Source: Podarcis liolepis (Eukaryota). From it: a DNA stretch of 64,000 bases. Below, in pieces: positions 26,220 through 38,660 of the stretch. The stretch's first letter is position 1. Each line of letters starts with the position of its first letter. Below the pieces are notes generated by a model. That model was given only the letters and a program-made list of their open reading frames with translations, had not been told where the DNA came from and did not search any database. The stretch lies in the NCBI GenBank assembly GCA_965112155.1, contig OZ218102.1; one strand, written 5' to 3'. Position numbers and translations under genes: made by a program.

Positions 26220-27179
26220 AATGGGGCAAGAATGGCACACCAATCTTGGGTATAACCTGGATAATGGCACCAAAAGGCAAGGATCATGTAATATATGGGC
26301 CACTATTGAAATATTGTATTTTCTTGTTGCAGATTGTGCAATTCCCTCTTCTTCTTGAATTGATTTGAAAGACAAAACTGCAAATCTCACAGTCCTTGGC
26401 AGAAAATGATAGCCAAAGACCACGGTGATTATGCTTTTCTCTGTCTCCTGATTCAATTCAGGAGGCATAGAAAACTTCTACATATACTCGGGTGGGAGGG
26501 CATAATTTCCAGCTAAGGACAGACCACACATCTGGTTATCCCTTCTCTTCCGCAAAATAACTATTACTTTTTGTTTGGAAAAAGGGGAAACCAGCAGGGG
26601 AGGGCTGGCTAGTGCCAGGAGCAGGAGACAAATGCAGTTTCAAGCTGGTCCCAATTTAAATGTGACACGTTTTTGGTTTGTTTGTTTTTAAGCTGGTGTT
26701 AGTATTTGGAATCCTTCAACCTTCAGAATTTGCCCCTAATTCATAGATACATAGAAGGATAAATATGCCCCCCAAGCATCATAAAGGAAAGATCAAACAT
26801 GCATGTTGTGCTGTATACATTTAAAAGGTCAGGAAAGAATAGAGCAAGCTATTTAGAAGCAACCTTCCAGGGTTTACACGTACATGGGAACTGCCTGTCT
26901 ACTAGGTGCAATGCAATTACAGGTCAGCATAACTGGTTTAATAGGCTGGCAGGACTCAATAACTTTTTATCATGTGACTAAAGTTGAGTATGTCAGACAT
27001 TCTCCTCCTTCAAGACGTACATGAATTGGCAGATTTGACTGTGGGAGCAGGAGGAGGGGAATATGAAGAGATTGTTTTAAAAGGTGATGATGCAGCTTGC
27101 TCCTGAAATCAGGGGCCTCTGAGATATAATACTCATGCTACTTGCCATTTCATTTTATCCCACTCTTATCAAGCACGTA

Positions 27180-27431
27180 TAGTCATACCTTGGTTCTCAA
27201 ATGGAATCCATTCTGGAAGTTTGTTCAACTTCCGAAAACATTTGAAAACCCAAGGTGCGGCTTCCGATTGGCTGCAGGAGCTTCTCGCACTCAATCAAAA
27301 GCCACGGAAGCCACGACAGACATTCGGCTTTGAAAAAAAGTTCACATACTGGAACATTCACTTCCGAGTTTGCGGTGTTTGGGAGCCAAAATGTTCGAGT
27401 CACAAGGCATTTGGAAATCAATTTATGACTG
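27180..27431. mobile_element. Second Tc1/mariner (Tigger-like) MITE family
   Basis: TA|(T/C)AGTCATA...TATGACTG|TA termini, about 250 bp. Confidence 0.65.
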
Positions 27432-27754
27432 TACTTAAATACTCAACAATCTCAGAGGTATGCAAACCAAGAGGCTTAAGCCACTGCCAAATGTCATCCC
27501 AGTTTAAGGGTGGATACTTTCTAACACACCTCAGATGAAAATTTATTCACTTAATTTTTGTGGGAGATAAGCCCCTCATTGTTGAAATGGCACAATCAAA
27601 TTATTTCCCTGAGGTCTGGAAATCGGTACGCTGTCTTAAGGAATTTATGGAGGTGTATACTCAGAAAGTACATTTTTAAAACACTGGATGCAGCAAATCT
27701 CCATTTGTTTTGCTATTTATATTTATTTTCATGAATTTCCTCTAATCCAAGTAA

Positions 27755-27875
27755 CTCAGGTTGGTATAGTTTCTCCTCAAAATAACCCTACGAAGCTGGT
27801 TAACAAAGAGAGAGTGACTAGCCTAAGGCTACCAAGTGAGCTTTGAGCCGAGGTCTCCCCAGTCCAAATCCAAAT
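27755..27875 (-). mobile_element. Old MIR/Squam2-like SINE fragment
   Basis: CCTCAAAATAACCCT...GAGAGTGACTAGCCTAAGGCTACCAAGTGAGCTT. A plus-strand relative lies near 22730-22865. Confidence 0.45.
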
Positions 27876-28383
27876 AATACAAGCTTGAAAATTCAAAATG
27901 CAGTGTATAATAACAAAGATCTGACCAGCAAAGTGAGAAAGCTGACAGTTCAACAACCAAACAAAAGTATCTAGGCCATATCTGCACAGCAAAGTTCTAC
28001 TGATTTTATACATGAAGTCCTTTTTTTAACATGGCTTTCTCCACAAGGATCCTTAGCTGGATAATGCTGAGAACAGCCTCTGGTCAGAGGGAGGAGATTC
28101 CCCCCTCCCCCCAAACTACAGATCACAAAGCTCCTTAGGGAGAGAAAATGACTTTTTAAGAAATTTAACTGTATTGTGCAAATACGCTCATCATGTTTCC
28201 ATGGGAAAAGCTGCTTCAACCAACCAACCAACCAATTGCTAACTAAAAATCCTAGGAAAGTGTTATAAAGTTATAAACACCAAGGATGAATTGAGTTCTC
28301 CTCCAGCAGCTCTGCATACCCTCAAGTCCCCAGGCCATGAAAACGGTGACAAAAAATAAGGAAAACGCCAACCATTTACTTAC

Positions 28384-28557
28384 ATCTGGATAATAGTCTG
28401 TGGTGGGTACTAGGCGCTCAATCAGGGCCTCTAGTGATCCAGAGATGAGACTCCCATCTTGATAAACAGGATCTCCATTCCTCTCTCCTGTATCTGGCTG
28501 CACCTGCCCACTACATCCGGAACCAAGCATGCTGGAAAATATTGGTGTCTGGGGCAT
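28384..28557 (-). CDS. RASGEF1A: RASGEF1A first coding exon (exon spans 28563-28384; ATG at 28557), N-terminus and start of the REM/RasGEF-N domain
   Basis: Translates MPQTPIFSSMLGSGCSGQVQPDTGERNGDPVYQDGSLISGSLEALIERLVPTTDYYPD (58 codons), matching the RASGEF1A N-terminus as I recall it. Acceptor ttttgcag|GAAACTATG at 28564/28563, donor GAT|gtaagt at 28384/28383, phase 0. Confidence 0.95.
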
Positions 28558-31500
28558 AGTTTCCTGCAAAAGTGGAGGAGAAAATGGAAGCGATGTGAGC
28601 CATATACAGCGGCTTTTTCATATATCTCATTGGTGCTTTCCCATGTTTTGAATAAATATTAGCCTGATCCTGTGCAACATTAGGCATGCTTAAGTCCACT
28701 ACAATTATTCGGCTTAGACCTTTGGCCAACTCTTCATAGGGTCAGACTGCTTTTTTGTACTGCACATAACATAGCATGAACTTTGGAAGAGGAATTTGCA
28801 GTCCCAACATGCCCAAGTGTGTACGAAGCCTTTTGTCTGGCTTTGTTGTTAAATTAAATACGCATTGATAGGTCTACATTGTGCACTGGCTAGCAGGATG
28901 ACATTTGTGTCTCACAATAAGAGTGTTTGAAGACAACCTCGAGGACACATTCTTACAAAGGAGTAAACCAAACAATCAGTCTTAAAAATTGTTCATAAGG
29001 ATTCTTATGAAAACAAGTAACTATTAAAAGAGAAGCTTAAGATTCACAATTAAAACATTCCAATGAAAAACCCACAAACTGAACACATGGTGGAAGTGAG
29101 TTGCCTTACAGCAGGAGTTGGGGACCTGTACCCTTCCAAGGGTTGTTCAACTTAGTCCTCAATAGCCTCAGCCCATGTGATCAGTGGTCATGGTTGGTGG
29201 GCTCTTCGTCCAGCAAATCTGGAAGCTCCTCACTCCTGGGTTTAAGCTTTGTAAGTAAAGACTTCAAACAGTGTGCCTCAGTTGGGGGGAGAATTCTCAA
29301 GAGAAATGACACTGCTCTTCCAAGGCCATCAATGTTTAAGCATCCCAAGGACAGGGCATGTGTAGTGAAGTCTCTTCACCGGATCTTGACAGGGCAAGAA
29401 ATATCCACATGACATGAGGAGCTTCCCAAGGTGGAACAAAGCAATTCTGCCTGACCCGTTTAGATGGCTACTTAGCAGAAAACCAATTCACGCGTGGCTG
29501 TTCTCCTTGATCTGGTTTAGATCTTGACAGCAGTTCATCTCATTTGCCCTGCCCTCTCATACACAAACACTTCTAGAAGTGTCTGAAGATGTGTCTGCTG
29601 ACACAACATCTGCCAAAGAGCAGGTAATCTGGGGAGGCAGTTGGCTTCTGGAACACTGAAGAATGTGTTGCTGGGGTGATGCTTTCAGAGGTGTGTGGGC
29701 TATAGGGACAGTTGGGAAACCGAGCAGTTGGTTAAACCGAGTCTCTGAGTCTGGCAGCTTTCTCTAAGCATGGTCAGAGGGAGGTGGCAGGAACCAGGTC
29801 TTATCCTGGGACAGAAATACATGGGGCCAGACTGTCTGCTTGTCTTAACAACATACTGGTGAGTGCAAACACAACCTTACAGTGTCTTGTGTTTCTGTCT
29901 TGCTTCAGGGAAAAATAGTATACCTGCTATCCTGGGTTATTGGCAGAGATCAGAGCTCCCCCCACCCAGCTCTTCTAGCTATCAGACTGAAGTATGCGAT
30001 AGTCAACAACTACAAATATGTGTGGCTGCAAAGCAAATTTACATGGGAGGCGAAAACAAGCAAGTTGCCATGGTGTGCTTAGATCATGAAACGTGAATGT
30101 CAGAGTGATTATGCATCAGCCCTCCATATGCTTTCTCGGTATCTCGTGTTTACTAGCCTGAATTTTCAAGGTTGCTAAGCTATATCAGGAGTAGCTGCTA
30201 AGAGAAATCCTCAATAGTGGCTCAGGTGACATTGCTCTGCTTCCTTCGTGCCATGGATATTGAAATGGCTTTGTAAACATTTCATGGCTGGTATGTATGG
30301 TATCATGTCCATGAGACTGTATTATTGCCATGAGCAAGAGATCTAGTAGAAAATTAGTTTCCTGAAATATGTGACTACTCAATGCCTATAGCCAAAGTTA
30401 TTATTGCTAGTTAATATGCAATTCTTCACCTTTGCATTTCCTGGTCATGAGCAATTTTGCCATCTCAGTTTTCTTTTCTTTGCAGTCTCTCTCCTCACCC
30501 CCACCCCACCCCAGCCTTTGCTTTCCCTCCATTCTCTGGACCCTACTTTCTTTGATGGATTGGCACTGCTTTCTCAGGACCTTTCCTTTCCAAACCCCCC
30601 GTTTCTTCCATATCACCTTTCCTGCTGCCTGCCATGCTTGTTTCTGGGCTCTGAGCTGCTGAGCCAATGGCAGTCAGAGACATTTCTGCTTTCTGTGACA
30701 TTAGAGCAACTAAGCCAGTCACTGCCAGGCACATCATAAACCACAAAGTCCCCCTTAATCGCACTAAAATGTAGATATCCTGCAATATTTGAGGATTCAT
30801 TAACTAAGTTATAACACATCACTGTTAAGTACTGCTAGAGCTCCTGTATGCCATCACTCAGAATTCTACCATGCATATGTAATGTCTATATGGCACATGA
30901 AAAATTCCACCAGCTATGGAGCTTCAGCAAACTTTGTAATGGGCATGTGTGACTCCTTACTGCCCTTTGATGCATATGCAAGCAAACAGTTCATGAACCT
31001 CCCACTATCTGATGAAAATTCATGGATGTTCATTGCAAGGTCCAAGGTGGTGAGTCAACCTCACTTCATCATTAATACTAACACTAAAATAATGGTTGCT
31101 TTCTACTGTTCACCCTCTTCCACTCCCTGCATTCCTGGCAGCTCAACACAGTATGAAGGACATGCAGCTGCCTGGCTTATCCAAATCTAGGGGGCTACTG
31201 TGAAACCCAAAACAAACCCTGAATGGTGTAACACAAATGCCTCACACCTCTTAGGACAATAGGGGCTAGAACAAGGGTATTGCAACTCTCATAACTGCTC
31301 CCATTTCAGGTCCTTCCCTTCACACAATTTACTTATATAAAAAAGAGGGGGACGGAACTACTTTTGGGACAACCTTGAGGAGGCAATACCACAACATGAT
31401 GTGAGCTGGGGGAGCAACATTAAATTTCATATGGGACATTAATTCAGTGTGAGCCAGCTCTGCTATATAAAGCATCAGCCAAACATTATGTTCCCTTTTA

Positions 31501-32291
31501 AGGAAGCTTTCCCCCTCCCCCCCCCCAAAAAGCAATATTTAGCAAGCCAGTTGGGGACTTGTCTAAGTTAATTCCAACATCACCCTGACACCAAGAAAGA
31601 AGAAAACTCCTGCCAGCTCATATGCTAGGACAGAATCCTGCACAGCTGTTTACGACTTAGAAGGCGGAATGTCCCTAATAGTAAACAGCAGCATATCCCT
31701 CCCACAGTTCAGGCCAGTGTTTGTCATTTAAATGTTTGAAGTGACTCATGTGAATGGGGACGAGAGACAAAATGTACAGCATCTAATTGACATATAATTG
31801 AGAAATGAGACACGGCAATTCTATGCACAAGTGCTTTCTTGGTAATGTTCTGTGGTATTTCACAAATTTAGTCACAAGGCATCCTTGTAGGCTCACATGA
31901 CAGCTTGACAAATGGGATGTTTCTTTGGGAAGGAGGGAGGGACGTGGACGGCAGCTTGACTCTGTTTATTATGCGAGTTGCCTGTGAGTTTACTCCTTCC
32001 TTTTAAGGGATATGGCAGTGGTTTTTAATGAGCTACTCATGTACAGTGTGCACTGTCAGGCTATTTCATCTAGATGCATGCCCAAACTGCAGATTATGGA
32101 ATAGGAGGGAACATGCTTCTTTCATAGTATTAAAACGCAGGGTCAGGCAATGAAATTGATTCATTGGCAGGGTTAACACAGGCAAAAGGAGGTATTCCTT
32201 CACAAAGTGAATAATTAACATAAGATTCAAAGCAACAAGATGCAGGGATCTGCTTAGACCAGTGGGGCCTGCAACAAAATGTTGTCATGTA

Positions 32292-32630
32292 ATGGTAAAG
32301 GGGCCCCTGACCATTAGGTCCAGTCGTGGCCGACTCTGGGGTTGTAACGCTCATCTCGCTTTATTGGCCGAGGGAGTTGGCGTTCAGCTTCCGGGTCATG
32401 TGGCCAGCATGACTAAGCCGCTTCTGGTGAACCAGAACGGTGCACGGAAATGCCGTCTACCTTCCCGCCAGAGTGATATCTATTTATCTACTTGCACTTT
32501 GATGTGCTTTTGAACTGCTAGGTTGGCAGGAGCAGGGACTGAGCAATGGGAGCTCACCCCGTTGTGGGGTTTCGAACCCCCGACCTTCTGTTCGGCAAGT
32601 CTTAGGCTCTGTGGTTTAACCCACAGCGCC
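32292..32630 (-). mobile_element. Sauria SINE (Squam1)
   Basis: Same body as the 7872 copy. 13-bp TSD ATGTTGTCATGTA at 32279-32291 and 32631-32643. Confidence 0.88.
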
Positions 32631-33104
32631 ATGTTGTCATGTAGTGCACTTCTTTTCAAGGTTAGAGCCTGCCAGCCAAGCCCTCTTTCAGGAACACCAT
32701 TCCATACTCCTCCCAGTTGCCATTCCACCAATGGACATTCAGCATCCTGAGGCCACCGACTATGGACAGTACTAACTAGATGGTTTTGGTAGTGATGGGA
32801 TTTTCCTTTTAAGATTTTCCCCTAGGGATTTTTTTTTGTACTTTTGGAAACCTTGGGTTTGCTTCCAAGCCTGCTGCTCCCTCCCTCTTGTTCATCAGTG
32901 GCTCCATTTAGGATACAATCCTGATAATAATAAAAATGTTATTCTTTATACACCAGCCACCCTGGACAGCTTCCAACACATAAAAAATAATAATAAAATG
33001 TCAAACTTCCCAATACAGAGCTGCCTTCAGATGTCTTATAAAAGTTGTGTAGTTCTTATCTCTTATCAGTTGAGGAAGACAGGTGTATCAACAGCTCTCA
33101 GCTG

Positions 33105-33290
33105 TGATAGTTGAAAGTTACCATGTTAAGAGGCAGTAGACCTCTGAACACCAGATGTGGAGGGCAGACTACATGTAAGCGCTGTTGCCTTCATGCCCTT
33201 TCTCATCATCTGGCCAGCTGTTGATGTAAACAAAATGCTGGACAAAATGAACCTTTGGCCTGATCCAGAAGGACCACTCTTGTGTTCTTA
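33105..33290 (+). mobile_element. CR1-type LINE 3' end
   Basis: AGAGGCAGTAGACCTCTGAACACCAG...ATGCTGGAC...TGGCCTGATCCAG...TCTTGTGTTCTTA. Confidence 0.55.
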
Positions 33291-34000
33291 GGCACCTAGA
33301 TTTGAATATGAAGACTAGAATCCTTGGCCATGAATGAAGAGATTCCAAATCCATGAAATGACATGTTAGCACATCTATACTAAACAACCCCCTCCTCACA
33401 TGATAAATAAACTTGGGTAGAGGCTTGCACCTGCTAGCAACTTTGCTGGTATTGGTGCACACATTACCCATGCTCCCTGGCACCCACATGTTCAGAATGA
33501 GTGTAAAAGCAGAATGTGTGCAAACTGCTGTACATGTGTACAGCTTGGTTTGTGGGGCAATCAGCGTTCCCAATTCTGTGAAGGAGCCCCATGTGTATTT
33601 GGCTCTGGGCAAGGAGGCCACTTTCACACTCACCCTGAACATGCAGAGTTTAAGAAGCAATGATAGCAAGCATTCTGCTCCTGTTCCTCACCCACCACCC
33701 CCAGAATGTACAGATAGAGGGAACATATGCACACCTGGGGGGGGGGGGGAGGTCAATGCAAACAAATGGTGACTGTACATTGCATTTCAGCTAAACCTAC
33801 CCAGGATCCATTTCTTTACACCCTTAGATATTCTGTGGCAACAAAACCTACTTCCATTTCCCCCACTGGAAAAACCAGGAAGAAGTCTTAAGGGGAGGGA
33901 AAGAATGAAATTGGGGTTTTTCCCTGATTCTTTTCTTGCCTTTTTGACAGCGCCTTCACGTCTCTAGAAAGGACTGGCTTATCTCAAATCAGTTGCTTAC

Positions 34001-34060
34001 CTGTGGATTTCCTTTAAAATACCCCATTTTCTTTTCACAATGACCTTCTGAGGTTGGCAT
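34001..34060 (-). other. Candidate alternative upstream coding exon end for RASGEF1A (MPTSEGHCEKKMGYFKGNPQ)
   Basis: Strong donor CAG|gtaagc at 34001/34000 preceded by two in-frame ATGs (34060, 34027) with no stop. Phase 0, in frame with GAA ACT ATG of the 28563 exon. Confidence 0.35.
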
Positions 34061-35159
34061 AACAGGGACTTACTGAAGGCTACCCCAAAAACATGATTGA
34101 ATAGATGTTTGAACCTGGATTTTCCCAGCCCAGGGAAATGCCACCCCCCTGTACCACACTGACTACCAAGACAATGGATTCAATGGTTTTGAGACTTGTA
34201 GTTGCATGACATGTTTCCCTTATGTGGTATATTGTGGTATATAGAATAATACAAGCAATAAGCAATATCTCCGTGCCCCAAGGAACACAAAAATCTAAAA
34301 TAACATAACATTCTGCCATGTGTTCCCTCTCTTATCATTGATCGTGGTGTCAGAAAAATGAAACGGGTGATGACATCACATTGTGCATTGTAGAATGCTA
34401 TAGGTTGCCATGAGGAGTACAAAATATACACAAAGTAGTGCGTCTAGCAACATCTAGTTCCACTCCAAGAAAAGAGAGCAATAACCAAACAAGTTAAAAG
34501 CTAACAGAGAGAGAGAGAAGAAAGGAGGGGAGGGGAGAAAGAGAGGGAAATAATATATTTGCTTTGGCATGTTAAGAATGCGGAGCTGGGATGTTTAAGA
34601 TCTTTATGTTTGCCCATGCCGAGGCTAAAAGTCACCTACTCTTGTTATTTCTGTCAGTAAACACTGGAATAGAGCTCAAAGAATTCCTTATTTCTAGATA
34701 AAACAATGTAAAACGCATACTGTACTTTCGCCAGCAGTCTCTGGAGCACAAGTGCTCTGAAGCTGGCCCAATTATATTTATACAACAGCAGCCAAACGCG
34801 AAACCAAACCGCAATGTGCATTTTGGATCTGTAAGCAAAAATGCACTTTGACAGGATCCCATAAAGAGAAAAAGAGACACCCCTCCAGCTCTTTTAACGT
34901 GGGAGCCGTTCTTTTCCCCACAACACAGCAAAGCCATTTAACAATATCCACATACGCACTACTTTTAAACCTTGGCTGTCGTGCATGCGACACGACTCCA
35001 GTTTAGCAGAGAAGCCAAAGCTTCACCTGGGGGGACTGAGTCCCGAATGTCGTTTACTGCTCTTTCGGGAGGAGGGGGGAAGAAGTATTAGAACAACAAA
35101 ACAAAACATTCCCAGGAAATTCCGTAAAAGAGAAATAAAGGAAGAATGGGGAATTGTTT

Positions 35160-35600
35160 TTCCTTACCCTCATTGTTTTCTGTAGTATGTACATAAGCTT
35201 GTAGTGTTATGTTGATCCCGGTGGCTTTCTAAAAGAGGTAACCCTTAGCCGAGCATCGCAGTTCGAGCCTGAGACGAGAAAACGAGAAAGCTCTCTGGCT
35301 TCAGCTGCCCTTCCCGCCAGCTAAGATCTCAAAAACAGCTCCAGTTCATCTGAGCAAAAGCAGCAAGCCTGCAAGCTTCCCAGACGAGCTCTGACGTCAG
35401 CAGCTGGCTTGGCTTGCCGTTGGCTGAGAGGAAGCTTGTCTGATTCAAAAGGAGCGGAGTTTACTACTACAGCTGCCTTTTGTGCGCTGAGAGTGCCAGC
35501 TTTGAAAGGAAAAGCCCACCCTCTGCTTCCCTTTATGAAAAGCTTTCCAACAGGTTGGGTCGCATGGTAATACTATTCCCCATTCACCCTTCAGCTCTGC
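35160..35600 (-). promoter_or_regulatory. Candidate alternative promoter or first exon
   Basis: Apparently non-repetitive, locally CpG-retaining stretch with a full CRE TGACGTCA (35392-35399) and an ATG AGG|gtaagg donor at 35168/35167. Confidence 0.3.
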
Positions 35601-36754
35601 TTTCTCGGAGAGCGAAAGGGTGGGGAAGCAAAGATGAGGAACTTACTGAATGGATTGGAGTTTTTATTTTGAAAAAATAAAACACCCAAGATCGTGTGTG
35701 GAGCAGTCAGGGTATTTCTAGCCAGTTTCACAGAACCGACTCTGTTTCTCTAAATAGTTCCTCAACGGCTTTTTGAGTTATTTCTTGTCAGAAGGGGAAT
35801 TCTGACAGATAGTAACGGTAAGCACTGACAAACAGACCCTTTGCATGAGTGCCAAATCGTGGATTGTGTACTTGTGATTTGGATGACTATTATTATTATT
35901 ATTCATTTATGTAGCATTATCAGGGCACATGGCTCCTTACAAAGTTTTACAAGCAACAAATAGTATGATCATCCAGCAATCCAAACAGATTGAATTAACA
36001 GATACACAGCACACTCTACATTGACATCAACTTCACATTACTTCAATATGACGCTAGCAGCTGTGGAAAAATTCCCCAGATCCGAATAATTAAAACAGTG
36101 TTCTCATCCCCAGCTAAAACCTAACAAACTTTTGCTTACATTCATCCTGTTTCCTTTGCCTCCCTTCCTTCCCTTTGTTGTCTTCCGCATTGTGTATATT
36201 TAGAATGTGAGCTTCTTGGGGTGGAGACTCACCCTTCCCCACTTGCTAACATGCTGCTACTCCTACTCTTATTACAATGGTCGTAATTAGTAAATAATAC
36301 TAAAATAATAATAAAATGATTACTGTATATCATGTTAGTGTGCTTACAATAGCCCTTTATTGTCCGACACGTTTTGCCCAGCTAATAGGGTTAACTGCTG
36401 TCCTGTCCTGGAATAATTTATGGGTTAAAGGGCAGGTACTGTATCCCTCTGATTTTTTTCCACAAGTAGCCATGCCTTTTGGTCTTCATTTGTTACCTCT
36501 TTTTCCAGTATTTAGACATATCAAATATAGAAGAGGCTTATTTTAAAAACCGAATGAATGTTCTAGCTCATTTAGGTTTCATTATTTGTGTTCGAGTGTA
36601 GGAAATGCAAAAGACAATTTAAAAGCTGATTGCAAAAACAGTTCTTAGATGCACCACTCCCTGCCCCCATGACCCCCATGACCCTCCCCCCCCGGCCCTT
36701 CATTGCTGTGTTGAAATATGCACAAGATTACTCACATGGTTAATTGTTAAATGC

Positions 36755-37810
36755 AACACAGTCACATCTGACTTCAAAAGAGGAATTTTCCTCAAAATGA
36801 AGTTGAAAGAGAAAGTTAAGAAGGGTCAGATGTCTCCAGAATGCTTCAGGGTTATTGAAAACTACAATATTAGAAGTTCAGTTAGAAGGGTTACCACCGA
36901 TCAAGAAAGGTACCATCAGGACCAAGGGGATGTGGTTTGCAAGCAGAGTGAAGGAAGTGTTAGAAGCAAAAAAGGCTACCTTCAGAAAGTCTTCTCCAAA
37001 TGAGGAAACAAACTTTGGCAAAAGAAGTGCAAGTAGACAGTATGAGATGGGGGGAACGAAATGTGAGGAGCACATAGTTATGAACAAGCAAACATAAAGA
37101 CCAACAAAAAAAATCACTGTATACATTAGTAGCAGGAAATAAGCTAGGGAGGTGCTTTAGCCTTTAGACGACAAGTAGGTAAAAGGTATATTGAAGGAAG
37201 AAAAGAAGATTGCAGAGAAACTGGGTGAATACTTTTACAATGGACAATATAGTTCAGATCCCTGTGCCTGAACTAACTTTCAGAGGAAGGAGAGTCTGAA
37301 GAATTGTGGTGATAAGAGAAAGTGCTCTAGGCCTTCCTGGCAAAATAAAAACGGAAAATCACCAGGCATTTGCCCAAGTGTTCTTAAGTAACTCAAATGT
37401 GAAATTGCTGATACTCTTAACAAAAAGATTTAATGTGTCTCTAAGATCAGCCTCTATACAGGAAAGTGGCCATCGGGCTGCCAGTTTTTAAAAAGCGATC
37501 TGGGGGAATCCAAGAAATAACAGCCAGTTAGTTTCATGTGTCTTCCAGGAAAGCAGGTGGAAAGCTTATGAAGAACAAGTCTTGCTGAAGCAGAACCAGC
37601 ATGGCTTTTGCAAGTGTAAGCCCTGTCTCACTAACCTCTTAGGGTGCTTTGAGAGTATCAACAAGCATATAGATAGAGGTGATCCAGTTGATATCAACAA
37701 CAACAACAACAATCTTTATTACAGTCCAGAGACCCAACTAAGCAATACAGCCTTGTACTTGGACTTTCAAAAAGCTTTTGACGAAGTACCTCACTGAAGA
37801 ATTTTGGAGA
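36755..37810 (+). mobile_element. CR1 LINE ORF2 fragment (decayed reverse transcriptase)
   Basis: ORF 37582..37797 contains QHGFCKCKPCLTNLL.CFE...D.G.PVD...YLDFQKAFDEVPH, the CR1 RT signature. The upstream part is frameshifted. Confidence 0.88.
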
Positions 37811-38412
37811 AATTCCAATAATTTATTTATCTACTTGTTCTGGAGGGTCAATAAGAATGAATTAAGTATGCATTTCTGGCAACCCCCCCCTTAAGTATTA
37901 TGATTGTACTATTTATATTGCATTATGAAAGAAGAGAAAAGAATACGGTATTACCTAAATTGCTTGAGACCCATATACCTTCTTCCATAAGTTCCTCTTC
38001 ACATGCTCCATTCATCACCCAAGGAATCACCTGAATCCTAGGGGGCAGCAAAATGGAGCAGAGTCCTTTTTGTGGCGTGCACCTTGTGAAAAGTCCTCTT
38101 GGCTTAGATTTGCCAAGTCCGAACAGTTTGTGGGCCAAAGCCTGGTTTAGGATGGAAAACCTCCATCCTCTCATTCCTATTAATATTTTAAGACTGTTTT
38201 CCTTTATAGCTTCACTCAGTTTGGGGAGCTTTATGAATGGATGTTTTTTGTTGATTTTTTGTTTTTTAAAAATTAAGGTTTTTATTATGTTTTTTGTGGT
38301 TTATTTGTCAATTTGGTATGTGTGTATATTTTATTGTTATTGGCAGCTTTGAATTTCTTTTTGCGGGGGGCGGATATAAATTTGTGAAATAGACACTGAT
38401 CATTTAGCTATA

Positions 38413-38660
38413 CAGTGGTACCTTGGGTTACATATGCTTCAGGTTACATATGCTTCAAGTTCCAGACCCCGCTAACCCAGAAATAGTACCTTGGGTTAAG
38501 AACTTTGCTTCAGGATGAGAACAGAAATCGTGCAACAGCGGCGCAGCGGCAGCAGCAGGCCCCATTAGCTAAAGTGGTGCTTCAGGTTAAGAACAGTTTC
38601 AGGTTAAGAACGGACCTCCGGAACAAATTAAGTACCGGTACTTAACCCGAGGTACCACTG
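38413..38660 (-). mobile_element. Tc1/mariner MITE, same family, opposite orientation
   Basis: TA|CAGTGGTACC...GGTACCACTG|TA. The interior is the reverse complement of the 11864, 46030 and 56540 copies. Confidence 0.88.

Noticed and set aside
33169-33772. 166-aa and 119-aa ORFs
   Set aside because: Non-ATG starts, partial overlap with a CR1 3' end, and no recognisable domain or splice context.
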